A stretch of DNA of 64,000 nt, taken from the NCBI RefSeq assembly GCF_024502345.1, contig NZ_JALDNN010000001.1, one strand, 5' to 3'. Source of the DNA: Escherichia coli. Lineage in GTDB: Bacteria; Pseudomonadota; Gammaproteobacteria; Enterobacterales; Enterobacteriaceae. A program made the translations under genes and the position numbers. Below the pieces are notes generated by a model that was given only the letters and a program-made list of their open reading frames with translations, did no database searches and was not told the DNA's origin. This document shows, in pieces, positions 37,636 through 48,431 of the stretch; the first letter of the stretch is position 1; the number at the start of each line of letters is the position of its first letter.

Positions 37636-38643
37636 ATGTCTCAACTCAATGATAGTGACATCATCCTTTTTGAGTATAATTTTCATTATCAAAATATAAG
37701 ATCTAAAAATACTCTTGATATAGCATTTGGTATTGACAGAAATTTTCTTTTTGGATGTGGTGTAGCCATCGCATCTATTCTATTAAACAATAGAGAAATC
37801 TCTTGTGAATTTCATGTTTTCACAGATTATATCAGTGATAAAGACAAATTATATTTTTCTGATTTAGCAAAACAATATAATTCAAGAATTAATATTTATG
37901 TTATCAATTGTGATAAGCTGAAGTCATTACCAAGCACGAAAAACTGGACTTACGCAACATATTTTCGATTTATAATTGCAGATTATTTCTATCATAAACA
38001 TGAAAAAATACTATATCTTGATGCAGATATTGCTTGCAAGGGTAGTATTAAAGAACTCTTAGATTATCAATTTTCTACTAATGAAATTGCCGCAGTTGTA
38101 GCTGAAAGAGATGTTGAATGGTGGCAAAATCGAGCCTCGGTATTAACTACACCACAGTTAGCTTCTGGATATTTCAATGCTGGTTTTTTACTGATAAATA
38201 TTGATGAGTGGAATCTAAATAACATTTCGTCAAAAGCTATTGAAATGTTGCGTGACCCAGATTGGGTAAGTAAAATCACCCACCTTGATCAAGATGTACT
38301 GAATGTATTATTGAATGGTAAAGTGAAGTTTATTTCGGAGAAATATAATACCCGATATAGTATTAACTATGAATTAAAAGACAAAGTTGATAATCCAGTC
38401 AATGATGACACCGTGTTTATACACTATGTGGGACCTACAAAACCCTGGCATGAGTGGGCTGACTATCCGGTGTCACGTAGTTTTTTGATCGCCAAAGCAG
38501 CTTCTCCGTGGAGTAAAGAAGATTTACTTAAACCTGTAAATAGCAATCAGTATCGGTATTGTGCAAAACATAAATTTAAACAAAAGCATTATATGGCAGG
38601 CATTTTTAATTATTTAAAGTATTATAAAGAAAAATGCTTCTAA
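37636..38643 (+). CDS. LPS core glycosyltransferase, family GT8 (335 aa); WaaI-like by position
   Basis: GT8-type sequence features; low-GC variable part of the waa cluster; specific name from gene order only. Confidence 0.7.
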   Translation: MSQLNDSDIILFEYNFHYQNIRSKNTLDIAFGIDRNFLFGCGVAIASILLNNREISCEFHVFTDYISDKDKLYFSDLAKQYNSRINIYVINCDKLKSLPSTKNWTYATYFRFIIADYFYHKHEKILYLDADIACKGSIKELLDYQFSTNEIAAVVAERDVEWWQNRASVLTTPQLASGYFNAGFLLINIDEWNLNNISSKAIEMLRDPDWVSKITHLDQDVLNVLLNGKVKFISEKYNTRYSINYELKDKVDNPVNDDTVFIHYVGPTKPWHEWADYPVSRSFLIAKAASPWSKEDLLKPVNSNQYRYCAKHKFKQKHYMAGIFNYLKYYKEKCF

Positions 38644-38668
38644 AGATTTAAGGTTAAAATAATTCATT

Positions 38669-39376
38669 ATGATATATAATAAAACGATAAATGGGTTGAA
38701 AGTTTTCATAAAAGATAATGATCCCTTTTATGAGCAAGTTCTAAATGACTTTTTAACTTGCAGGGTTAAAACATTAAAAGTTTTTCGTTCTATTGATGAT
38801 ACTAAAGTCATTCTTATTGACACTGCTCGTGGACCTCTTGTACTTAAAGTTTATGCACCAAAGCATAAAATGACCGAACGTTTCTTAAAATCTTGCATAA
38901 AAAAAGATTATTATGAAAATTTAATTTATCAAACCGATCGGGTACGTGGTGAAGGCATCCAATCAATTAATGACTATTTTTTGCTAGCTGAACGTAAAAC
39001 ATTAAATTTCGCTCATTATTATATTATGCTCATTGAGTATATTGAAGGTGTCGGGTTAAATGAGTATTTGGAAATTTCTGAAGATCTGAAGGATCAATTA
39101 TCAGAATCGATAAAAGAGTTGCATCAGCATGGAATGGTGTCTGGCGATCCTCATAAAGGAAATTTTATAGTATCCGAAAAAGGTTTAAGACTAATTGACC
39201 TTTCAGGTAAAAAAACAACCGCTGTTTTAAAAGCAAAAGATCGCATTGATCTTGAACGGCACTATAATATAAAAAATGAATTGAAAGACTTTGGCTATAC
39301 ATATCTTATATTCAAAAAGAAAATTAAAAAAGTAATCAGGGATGTAAAAGTCAAACTAGGATTGAAGAGCAAATAA
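38669..39376 (+). CDS. waaY: LPS core heptose(II) kinase (235 aa)
   Basis: Translation shares conserved blocks with WaaY (KVFRSIDDTKV, HQHGMVSGDPH.GNF, RIDLERHY). Confidence 0.8.
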   Translation: MIYNKTINGLKVFIKDNDPFYEQVLNDFLTCRVKTLKVFRSIDDTKVILIDTARGPLVLKVYAPKHKMTERFLKSCIKKDYYENLIYQTDRVRGEGIQSINDYFLLAERKTLNFAHYYIMLIEYIEGVGLNEYLEISEDLKDQLSESIKELHQHGMVSGDPHKGNFIVSEKGLRLIDLSGKKTTAVLKAKDRIDLERHYNIKNELKDFGYTYLIFKKKIKKVIRDVKVKLGLKSK

Positions 39377-39400
39377 TGATTATGATGAAGGGTAATTAAA

Positions 39401-40414
39401 TTGGATTTTAAACATCTTACTCAATTTAAAGATATAATTGAACTGGACAAGCGCCCCGTTAAACTTGATGAACGGGAAACGTTTAATGTCTCATGGGGTA
39501 TTGATGAGAACTACCAGGTTGGGGCTGCGATTTCAATTGCTTCAATTCTTGAAAATAATAAACAAAACAAATTTACCTTTCACATAATCGCTGATTACTT
39601 AGACAAAGAGTATATTGAATTATTATCACAATTAGCAACGAAGTATCAAACAGTAATTAAATTATATCATATTGATTCTGAGCCATTGAAGGCGCTACCT
39701 CAATCAAATATCTGGCCAGTATCTATTTATTATCGTTTGCTTTCATTTGATTATTTTTCTGCGCGATTGGATTCATTATTATATCTTGATGCTGATATCG
39801 TCTGTAAGGGTTCATTGAACGAGTTAATAGCATTAGAGTTTAAAGATGAATATGGGGCAGTGGTAATTGATGTAGATGCTATGCAAAGTAAAAGCGCTGA
39901 GCGTTTGTGTAATGAGGATTTTAACGGTAGCTATTTTAACTCTGGTGTAATGTATATTAATTTACGGGAATGGTTAAAACAAAGACTAACGGAAAAATTC
40001 TTTGATCTATTATCAGATGAGTCAATTATAAAAAAATTAAAGTACCCGGATCAAGATATTTTAAACTTAATGTTTCTACATCATGCTAAAATATTACCGA
40101 GAAAATATAATTGTATTTATACTATAAAGTCAGAATTTGAAGAAAAAAATAGTGAATATTACACCCGGTTTATTAATGATGACACTGTCTTCATACATTA
40201 TACTGGTATAACTAAGCCATGGCATGATTGGGCGAACTACGCCTCTGCAGATTATTTTCGTAATATTTATAATATATCACCATGGAGAAATATACCTTAT
40301 AAAAAAGCTGTTAAAAAACATGAGCACAAAGAAAAATATAAACACTTGCTTTACCAGAAAAAATTTCTCGATGGTGTTTTTACAGCAATTAAATATAATG
40401 TTATGAAAGGTTAA
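39401..40414 (+). CDS. LPS core glycosyltransferase, family GT8 (337 aa); WaaJ-like by position
   Basis: Paralogous to the GT8 at 37636; specific name from gene order only. Confidence 0.7.
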   Translation: MDFKHLTQFKDIIELDKRPVKLDERETFNVSWGIDENYQVGAAISIASILENNKQNKFTFHIIADYLDKEYIELLSQLATKYQTVIKLYHIDSEPLKALPQSNIWPVSIYYRLLSFDYFSARLDSLLYLDADIVCKGSLNELIALEFKDEYGAVVIDVDAMQSKSAERLCNEDFNGSYFNSGVMYINLREWLKQRLTEKFFDLLSDESIIKKLKYPDQDILNLMFLHHAKILPRKYNCIYTIKSEFEEKNSEYYTRFINDDTVFIHYTGITKPWHDWANYASADYFRNIYNISPWRNIPYKKAVKKHEHKEKYKHLLYQKKFLDGVFTAIKYNVMKG

Positions 40415-40422
40415 TATACGAG

Positions 40423-41565
40423 ATGGTTGATAAAATAATATTTACGGTTACTCCTATTTTTTCAATTCCTCCTCGCGGAGCGGCTGCTGTTGAAACGTGG
40501 ATGTATCAGGTTGCTCAGCGTACCAATTTTCCAAATCGTATTGTTTGTATCAAAAATCCAGGATACTCAAATTACACCTTTGTTAATGATAATTGTAGTA
40601 TTCATAGGGTTGGATTCAGTCGCATATATAAGCGGTTATTTCAAAAATGGACAAGACTTGATCCTCTTCCATATTCACAGAGAATATTGAATATTGCACA
40701 TGATTTTCCTATAACGAAAGAAAGTGTTATTGTAGTTCATAATAGCATGAAGCTATACACTCAAATTCGTAAGCGAGCTCCTCAGGCAAGAGTGGTTATA
40801 CATATGCATAATGCATTTGAACCAAAATTGCTTGAGCAAAATGTTAAAATGATAGTGCCTAGTTTATACTTGAAAAAGTATTACCAATCTTATTTAGCAA
40901 ATGCAGATATTGAGATTGTACCAAATGGAATTGATTTAGAAACCTATCAATCTAATTTTCAGCCGATCACTAGAAGCGAACTTAATATCTCCCCTGAAGA
41001 GAAAATTATTTTTTATGCTGGGCGTATCGTCCCTGACAAAGGCATATTGCTGTTGATGCAATCATTCGAAAAATTGGCCGCTGCTCACAAAAATTTAAAA
41101 TTAGTTGTGATTGGTGATTATACAGAAATGAGTAAAAGTGACAAAGGTGCATATCAACGCAATGTCAGGGAAATTGCAAAACGTTTGAAGGATCGTTGCA
41201 TTATGTTAGGAAGCATACCGCCTGAAAAGATGCATTGTTATTACCCACTGGCAGATTTAGTCGTCATTCCTTCCCAGTTCCAGGAACCATTTTGCATGGT
41301 GGCAATTGAAGCTATGGGTGCTGGTAAGCCTGTTTTAGTGAGTACGCGTGGGGGGATGACGGAATTTGTCAAAGAAAATACTACGGGATTCCATTTAAAA
41401 GAACCTATGACTGCAGACTCCATAAGCAGCGATATTTTAAAAACGTTAGCGAATCCTGAATTAACAGCAGTTGCAAAGCAAGGTCAGGACTTTGTGTTTA
41501 ATCACTACAGTTGGGATGGCGTAACTCAAAGATTCGAAGAGGTTATTCATAATTGGTTTGAATAA
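40423..41565 (+). CDS. LPS outer-core glycosyltransferase, family GT4 (380 aa); WaaD/WaaK-like by position
   Basis: GT4 C-terminal signature (PSQFQEPFCMVAIEAMGAGKPVLVS); last gene of the long waa operon. Confidence 0.7.
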   Translation: MVDKIIFTVTPIFSIPPRGAAAVETWMYQVAQRTNFPNRIVCIKNPGYSNYTFVNDNCSIHRVGFSRIYKRLFQKWTRLDPLPYSQRILNIAHDFPITKESVIVVHNSMKLYTQIRKRAPQARVVIHMHNAFEPKLLEQNVKMIVPSLYLKKYYQSYLANADIEIVPNGIDLETYQSNFQPITRSELNISPEEKIIFYAGRIVPDKGILLLMQSFEKLAAAHKNLKLVVIGDYTEMSKSDKGAYQRNVREIAKRLKDRCIMLGSIPPEKMHCYYPLADLVVIPSQFQEPFCMVAIEAMGAGKPVLVSTRGGMTEFVKENTTGFHLKEPMTADSISSDILKTLANPELTAVAKQGQDFVFNHYSWDGVTQRFEEVIHNWFE

Positions 41566-41600
41566 ATAAAAAGGCCGCATTATGCAGCCTTTTTTATTTT

Positions 41601-42809
41601 TTACTTGTTTTTCATCGCTAATAATAAGCCGGCGTAAACGCCTAATAAATTTGGTTCAATTTGTTCTACGTTTCCACGGATAACAAAATAACCTATAAAA
41701 GATAGTAAGATTATATAATATGCATTATATGGTGAGCGATATTTATTCTTGACACCATTTTTTATACACTCTTTCAATATTGCACAGTATAGCATCATAA
41801 GACTTACCAGCCCTAATAAACCAGTGCCAAACCAGATGAATAGCGCAAAATTATGTGGCCCTATTGATTGTCTAAAGGTCCATTCTGGATAATCAATGAC
41901 ACGTTTATTATAGACATCTTTATATGCAACGTTACCGTAACCATAACCAATAACAGGATTTTCTAATATTAGATCGAGTGCGCTGCCTTGAGTACCATTT
42001 GCATAGCGATAAGAACTATTAGTTTGTTGAAGTTTATACGTTAGCTTTGCGGTCATCTCCTTATGTGTGAAAATAACCGACAATGCAATGATGGCAACCA
42101 TTACTCCTACTAATAGTAACTTCCATTGTTTAAACATCAGAATCCATATTAATCCAATGACTAACACGGAAAGCCAGGCCCCTCTGGATAAAGTTCCTAA
42201 TATCAGAAAAATAAAAATAACGCTTAGAACCACAAAAGAAATGCGGTATTTTGCTGATTTGATAAGCCAGAGATTTAACAATGCAGGGAATAAAAAGACC
42301 ATCGAGTCAGAAATGCTACGGTGTCTATAATCTGCGAATGGCATTATCCCTTGTTGATAGTCCTTATAATAGGTAATCAATTCAGAAAAACAGCGTAAGC
42401 CCAACGCACTAATAAATGAGAAGAAAACGATTTTTTCGACATCTTCTCTTTTCTCGTCTCTCAATATGATCGGTATTGCTATTGTGCATAGTAAAGTATT
42501 CTCAATAATAGCTTTGAAAATTTCCTTCATGCTAGCACCTGCATCAGGGGATTGAAGAAGTGACAGCAATGCAGCAATAGTTAATATGGCAACACTACCA
42601 AAAAGAAATGTTTTAAATAGTGAGAGATAGTGTTTTGGCCGTTTGCAGAGATAGACGATTGTCGTTATTGTCATAAGAATAACAATAAGATGTTTATACC
42701 TTGTAATCCCACCCAAAAAATAGGTGGTAATGAATAAGAATACGAGAGCTCTGTTCCAGTACGCTATCCAGTTTTTTTTCTCGAGAGAGAAAAATAATGT
42801 TGAGGTCAT
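41601..42809 (-). CDS. waaL: O-antigen ligase (402 aa), polytopic membrane protein
   Basis: Highly hydrophobic, low-GC ORF convergent with the waaQ operon and upstream of waaC. Confidence 0.8.
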   Translation of the reverse strand: MTSTLFFSLEKKNWIAYWNRALVFLFITTYFLGGITRYKHLIVILMTITTIVYLCKRPKHYLSLFKTFLFGSVAILTIAALLSLLQSPDAGASMKEIFKAIIENTLLCTIAIPIILRDEKREDVEKIVFFSFISALGLRCFSELITYYKDYQQGIMPFADYRHRSISDSMVFLFPALLNLWLIKSAKYRISFVVLSVIFIFLILGTLSRGAWLSVLVIGLIWILMFKQWKLLLVGVMVAIIALSVIFTHKEMTAKLTYKLQQTNSSYRYANGTQGSALDLILENPVIGYGYGNVAYKDVYNKRVIDYPEWTFRQSIGPHNFALFIWFGTGLLGLVSLMMLYCAILKECIKNGVKNKYRSPYNAYYIILLSFIGYFVIRGNVEQIEPNLLGVYAGLLLAMKNK

Positions 42810-43798
42810 CTTATCTCCGATGTCAATTTATTGGTTATTATTTCAAGATTTAAATTTTGAAAAACGGTTTGAGCTGGCAAATCTGCAAGAGACATACTTG
42901 TAGAACGACACTCTACTTGATTCTTCCCATACCCACCAATTAATCCCGGATCGGTTGGTCCATAAACCGTGATATTGGGTCTATCCAGTGCCGCCGTTAA
43001 ATGGCTTAACCCCGTATCCACCGACACTACAAATTTAGCCCCGGCCAGCACGCGGGCAACGCCTTCCAGACTCATCTTCGGCAATACTTCAACATAAGCA
43101 AATCCTTCCGCCAGTCGTTTCGCCCGTTCTTCCTCATGCGGCGCGCCCCACGGAAGTTTAATCCGTATTCCTGAATCAGCCAGTAAACCAATCAATTCTC
43201 GCCAGTGTTCTTCCGGCCAGTGTTTATCATCACGGGTCGTCGCATGAAGAAATACGGCATATTCGCCAGCATCTGTAGGCAGGTTCGTCAGAAAATGCTG
43301 TGCGATAGCATAATCGCCCTGGGTTTGCGGTTTGCTATAGCCCAAACTTTTGGCAAACAGTTCGCGGGTGCGTTCTACGGCGTGCTGCTGTTTTGCAATA
43401 TGATGCTTACGATTGTAAAACAGGCTGGCTAAAGGTTCGCGAGCGGTTTGCCAGTCCATGCCATGCTTTACGCCATGCGCCAGACGCGTCACCAGCGCCG
43501 CGCTTTTTACCAGCCCCTGAGCGTCGATAACTGCGTCATAGTTCTCTGCTTGTAGCGCTTCACGAAACGCTTTGCGTTCAGCTTTTATAGGGGCCGAGAA
43601 CCAGGCTTTACGCCAGCGACGTATTGCCACAGGAATAACTCGCTCAACGGCAGCGTGCCAGGAAGGAATCTGTGCGAACCCTTCTTCCACCACCCAGTCA
43701 AACTTAATTTCTGGGATTGCCTGCTGGGCATCAGTGAGTGCGGGCAACGTATGGAGAACATCGCCCATCGACGATGTTTTAACGATCAAAACCCGCAT
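42806..43798 (-). CDS. waaC: LPS heptosyltransferase I (330 aa); C-terminus differs from the K-12 protein
   Basis: Translation matches WaaC over most of its length, then diverges (...GYGKNQVECRSTSMSLADLP...). Confidence 0.9.
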   Translation of the reverse strand: MRVLIVKTSSMGDVLHTLPALTDAQQAIPEIKFDWVVEEGFAQIPSWHAAVERVIPVAIRRWRKAWFSAPIKAERKAFREALQAENYDAVIDAQGLVKSAALVTRLAHGVKHGMDWQTAREPLASLFYNRKHHIAKQQHAVERTRELFAKSLGYSKPQTQGDYAIAQHFLTNLPTDAGEYAVFLHATTRDDKHWPEEHWRELIGLLADSGIRIKLPWGAPHEEERAKRLAEGFAYVEVLPKMSLEGVARVLAGAKFVVSVDTGLSHLTAALDRPNITVYGPTDPGLIGGYGKNQVECRSTSMSLADLPAQTVFQNLNLEIITNKLTSEIR

Positions 43799-43801
43799 CC
43801 G

Positions 43802-44848
43802 TCAGGCTTCCTCTTGTAACAATAGCGCGTTGAGTTCTTCCAGTACGCGCTGGGGAGTAATGTCGATCAAGCTCTGGTGATAACCCTCCGCAGCGTCACC
43901 TTTACGCACTTTGTGATAGCCGGTAATCAGGCGGATCACGCGCGCTTTATGGGATAGCGGCGGTGTGAAGTCCGGGCTACTCGGACCATACAGGGCAACC
44001 AGCGGACGATTGAGCGCCGCCGCAACGTGCATCAGGCCAGAATCGTTAGTGACAATGGCTTTACAGGCTGCAATCAGGATAACCGCTTGATCAAGCTGTG
44101 TTTCCCCCGCCAGGTTCCGACACCATGCCTGCTGCTCGGTATTCAAAGCGGCAAGAATCTCATTGCCTGCTTCATGATCTTTCGCCGAGCCAAACAGAAC
44201 CACCTGATAACCTTCATCAATCAGCTGCTTTGCCAGCTCCGCATAGTGGTAGTGTGGCCAGCGTTTTGCCGGACCAAACTCCGCACCCGGGCAAAAACCA
44301 ATCATCGGACGTTCTGATGAAAGCGAAAATTGATTACAGGTATATGATTTTTCACCTTCGCTCACCTGCAACTGCGGCCATAACAATGGCTGCGGCAGAT
44401 CTTGTGCTGTGCGCATAATGCCTTTGTCATAGGCCAGCGCGACATAGCGTTCCACCATTAGCGGCCAGGCTTCTTTATCGAGCACGCGTACATCGTTGAG
44501 TAAACCGTAGCGCATCTCGCCGCGCCAGCCGGTGCGATGAGGAATACCCGCGAAGAAAGGCACTAATGCGGATTTGAAGGAGTTGGGTAAGACGTAGGCG
44601 CGGTCGTAGCGCTTTTCACGCAGGCTATGACCCAGTTTGCGGCGTTCGCCGATTTCCAGCGCTCCGTGACCGAGAGGCATAGGGATAGCTTCGTTAACTT
44701 CCGGCATCCGCGATAATAATGGACGGCACCATGCCGGTGCCATCACATCGATTATCGCCTGGGGATAGCGCGCCTGGAGCGTGCGATAGAGACTTTGCGA
44801 CATCATCATGTCGCCAACCCAAGACGGGCCGATCACCAGTATTTTCAT
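43802..44848 (-). CDS. waaF: LPS heptosyltransferase II (348 aa)
   Basis: Translation matches WaaF. Confidence 0.9.
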   Translation of the reverse strand: MKILVIGPSWVGDMMMSQSLYRTLQARYPQAIIDVMAPAWCRPLLSRMPEVNEAIPMPLGHGALEIGERRKLGHSLREKRYDRAYVLPNSFKSALVPFFAGIPHRTGWRGEMRYGLLNDVRVLDKEAWPLMVERYVALAYDKGIMRTAQDLPQPLLWPQLQVSEGEKSYTCNQFSLSSERPMIGFCPGAEFGPAKRWPHYHYAELAKQLIDEGYQVVLFGSAKDHEAGNEILAALNTEQQAWCRNLAGETQLDQAVILIAACKAIVTNDSGLMHVAAALNRPLVALYGPSSPDFTPPLSHKARVIRLITGYHKVRKGDAAEGYHQSLIDITPQRVLEELNALLLQEEA

Positions 44849-44857
44849 GCAGAGCTC

Positions 44858-45790
44858 TTATGCGTCGCGATTCAGCCAGGCCATGTATTCCGTTACACCT
44901 TCAGCAACGGTTTTGAACGGTTTGTCGTAACCCGCCGCGCGCAGATTTGTCAGATCTGCCTGAGTGAACGCCTGGTAGCGGCCTTTCAGCTTATCCGGGA
45001 ACGGAATGTATTCGATCTGGCCTTTCTTGTGATAAGCCAGCGTAGCATCAGCTACAGCCTGGAAGGATTCCGCACGACCGGTGCCGAGGTTGAAGATGCC
45101 GGAAACGCCATTTTCCAGGAACCACAGGTTTACATCTGCCACATCGCCAACATAGACGAAGTCGCGTTTAAAGTTCTCGCTACCTTCGAACAGCTTCGGT
45201 GATTCACCGTTATTAAGCTGGGTGTTGAGATGGAAAGCGACGCTCGCCATGCTGCCTTTATGGCCTTCACGCGGTCCATAAACGTTGAAATAGCGGAAGC
45301 CAACAATCTGCGAGTTCGCTTCCGGCAGGATTTGGCGAACATATTCATCAAACAGGAATTTTGAGTAACCGTAGACGTTCAACGGTTTTTCGTACTCGCG
45401 GGATTCAATAAAGTCGGAGGTGCGTCCGCCGTAGGTGGCTGCGGAAGAAGCGTACAGGAACGGGATTTCACGCTCCAGGCAGTAGTGCAGCAGCTCCTTG
45501 GAGTATTGATAGTTGTTATCCATCATATACTTGCCGTCCCACTCGGTGGTGGAAGAGCACGCGCCTTCGTGGAAAATCGCTTCGACATCGCCGAACTCTT
45601 CGCCAGCCATAATCTGGATCAGGAAGTCTTCCTTATCCATATAGTCTGCGATATTCAGATCCACCAGGTTCACAAACTTGGTGCCGTCTTTCAGGTTGTC
45701 CACCACCAGAATATCGGTGATGCCTTTATCATTCAGGGCTTTAACGATGTTGCTGCCGATAAAGCCCGCGCCGCCGGTAACGATGATCAT
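44858..45790 (-). CDS. hldD: ADP-L-glycero-D-manno-heptose 6-epimerase (310 aa)
   Basis: Translation matches HldD/RfaD ([11 protein letters not shown]). Confidence 0.95.
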
Positions 45791-46093
45791 AACTGTAACC
45801 TTCGAATTATGGAGTCAGAGACAATCTCAGACACGAATGTCTGTAATCATACCATCACATCCGAATCCCTTCAGCCCTTTACATAGAGGTGCAAGGATGC
45901 TAATTGCAACAAACTAGTTTGGGATTTAGCTAGTCCTTCATGGCGGATGTTGGTTTTGCATGTGAATAGTGCTTTAGTATCAATATTCCGATGTATGATA
46001 AATAACGGAAGCATTTGAATGGATAATATACAGTATACATTCTGTTAATATTTATGATATAATTCTTTTTTTATATTAATGGTCTTATTAGTA

Positions 46094-46951
46094 ATGAAAT
46101 CATCCACCACAATTATCACTGCATATTTTGACATTGGTAGAGGGGATTGGACTGCTAATAAAGGGTTCCGTGAAAAACTAGCTCGTTCAGTTGATGTTTA
46201 TTTTAGTTACTTTGAGCGTCTGGCCGCACTTGAAAATGAGATGATTATTTTCACTTCTCCCGATTTGAAACCAAGGGTTGAAGCGATTCGCAACGGAAAA
46301 CCAACAACGGTTATCGTTATCGATATAAAAAAGAAATTTAGATATATCAGAAGTCGTATCGAAAAAATTCAAAAAGATGAGTCGTTTACAAATAGACTTG
46401 AGCCTCGACAATTAAAAAACCCAGAGTACTGGTCACCAGAGTATGTTTTGGTATGTAACCTTAAGGCCTATTTTGTAAATAAAGCTATCAACATGGGCTT
46501 AGTGAAAACGCCTCTTGTTGCGTGGATAGATTTTGGCTATTGCCGTAAGCCAAATGTAACTCGAGGATTGAAAATTTGGGATTTCCCATTTGATGAAAGT
46601 AAGATGCATCTTTTCACTATAAAAAAAGGGCTTACTGTCACATCTCAACAACAGGTTTTTGATTTCATGATTGGCAATCATGTATATATTATTGGGGGCG
46701 CAATTGTTGGTTCACAGCATAAATGGAAAGAATTCTATAAATTAGTTCTGGAAAGTCAAAAAATAACACTAAATAATAACATTGTGGATGATGACCAGGG
46801 CATTTTTGTCATGTGCTATTACAAACGCCCCGATCTCTTCAACCTAAACTATCTGGGGAGAGGAAAATGGTTCGATTTGTTTCGCTGCTTCAGGAGTAAC
46901 ACTTTAGGGGCAAAAATGCAGGCGCTGAGAATTTTCCTTTCAAGAAAATAG
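46094..46951 (+). CDS. htrL: HtrL/YibB-family protein (285 aa)
   Basis: Translation and position between hldD and kbl match htrL; low GC. Confidence 0.8.
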   Translation: MKSSTTIITAYFDIGRGDWTANKGFREKLARSVDVYFSYFERLAALENEMIIFTSPDLKPRVEAIRNGKPTTVIVIDIKKKFRYIRSRIEKIQKDESFTNRLEPRQLKNPEYWSPEYVLVCNLKAYFVNKAINMGLVKTPLVAWIDFGYCRKPNVTRGLKIWDFPFDESKMHLFTIKKGLTVTSQQQVFDFMIGNHVYIIGGAIVGSQHKWKEFYKLVLESQKITLNNNIVDDDQGIFVMCYYKRPDLFNLNYLGRGKWFDLFRCFRSNTLGAKMQALRIFLSRK

Positions 46952-47225
46952 GTTTCCCTCCATTAGTGGGTAGCGTTTTGATACCAACTGAGATAGGAAA
47001 AATGATGCTTTGGCATCATTTTTTCTTTTTATATCAATGCAGTAAAATCAATCATCATTATGCCCAGCCAAAACTGTACAGTTTTTCTACTATCTGTAGG
47101 TGTTGAGAGACATCAAGTTACACGTTATTTATCCTGAATTTTGCAGAAGTGTTAACGCGTCATCTCGTCGCGACGTATAAGTTTGGGTAATATGTGCTGG
47201 AATTTGCCCTGTCTGGAGAATCGCA

Positions 47226-48422
47226 ATGCGTGGAGAATTTTATCAGCAGTTAACCAACGATCTGGAAACCGCACGGGCGGAAGGGTTGTTTAAAGAAGAG
47301 CGCATTATTACGTCTGCGCAGCAAGCAGATATCACTGTGGCTGATGGAAGCCACGTCATTAACTTTTGTGCCAACAACTATCTCGGGCTGGCGAATCATC
47401 CGGATCTGATTGCGGCAGCAAAGGCGGGAATGGATTCTCACGGTTTCGGCATGGCTTCGGTGCGTTTTATTTGCGGCACTCAGGACAGCCATAAAGAGCT
47501 TGAACAAAAACTGGCGGCATTCCTGGGGATGGAAGATGCGATTCTCTACTCTTCCTGCTTTGATGCTAACGGTGGACTGTTTGAAACGCTGCTGGGTGCG
47601 GAAGACGCCATTATCTCCGACGCACTGAACCACGCGTCTATTATTGATGGTGTGCGTCTGTGCAAAGCTAAACGCTATCGCTATGCCAACAACGATATGC
47701 AGGAGCTGGAAGCACGTCTGAAAGAAGCGCGTGAAGCCGGTGCGCGTCATGTGCTGATTGCCACCGATGGTGTGTTCTCAATGGACGGCGTGATTGCCAA
47801 TCTGAAGGGCGTTTGCGATCTGGCAGATAAATACGATGCCCTGGTGATGGTAGACGACTCCCACGCGGTCGGTTTTGTCGGTGAAAATGGTCGTGGTTCC
47901 CATGAATACTGCGATGTGATGGGGCGTGTCGACATCATCACCGGCACGCTCGGTAAAGCCTTAGGCGGGGCTTCTGGTGGTTATACCGCGGCGCGCAAAG
48001 AAGTGGTTGAGTGGCTGCGCCAGCGTTCTCGTCCGTACCTGTTCTCCAACTCGCTGGCGCCGGCCATTGTTGCCGCTTCCATCAAAGTGCTGGAGATGGT
48101 TGAAGCGGGTAGCGAGCTGCGTGACCGTCTGTGGGCGAACGCGCGTCAGTTCCGTGAGCAAATGTCGGCAGCGGGCTTTACCCTGGCGGGAGCCGATCAC
48201 GCCATTATTCCGGTCATGCTTGGTGATGCGGTAGTGGCGCAGAAATTTGCTCGTGAGCTGCAAAAAGAGGGGATTTACGTCACCGGTTTCTTCTATCCGG
48301 TCGTTCCGAAAGGTCAGGCGCGTATTCGTACCCAGATGTCTGCGGCGCATACCCCTGAGCAAATTACGCGCGCAGTAGAAGCATTCACGCGTATTGGTAA
48401 ACAACTGGGCGTTATCGCCTGA
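47226..48422 (+). CDS. kbl: 2-amino-3-ketobutyrate CoA ligase (398 aa)
   Basis: Translation matches Kbl. Confidence 0.95.
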   Translation: MRGEFYQQLTNDLETARAEGLFKEERIITSAQQADITVADGSHVINFCANNYLGLANHPDLIAAAKAGMDSHGFGMASVRFICGTQDSHKELEQKLAAFLGMEDAILYSSCFDANGGLFETLLGAEDAIISDALNHASIIDGVRLCKAKRYRYANNDMQELEARLKEAREAGARHVLIATDGVFSMDGVIANLKGVCDLADKYDALVMVDDSHAVGFVGENGRGSHEYCDVMGRVDIITGTLGKALGGASGGYTAARKEVVEWLRQRSRPYLFSNSLAPAIVAASIKVLEMVEAGSELRDRLWANARQFREQMSAAGFTLAGADHAIIPVMLGDAVVAQKFARELQKEGIYVTGFFYPVVPKGQARIRTQMSAAHTPEQITRAVEAFTRIGKQLGVIA

Positions 48423-48431
48423 GGATGTGAA

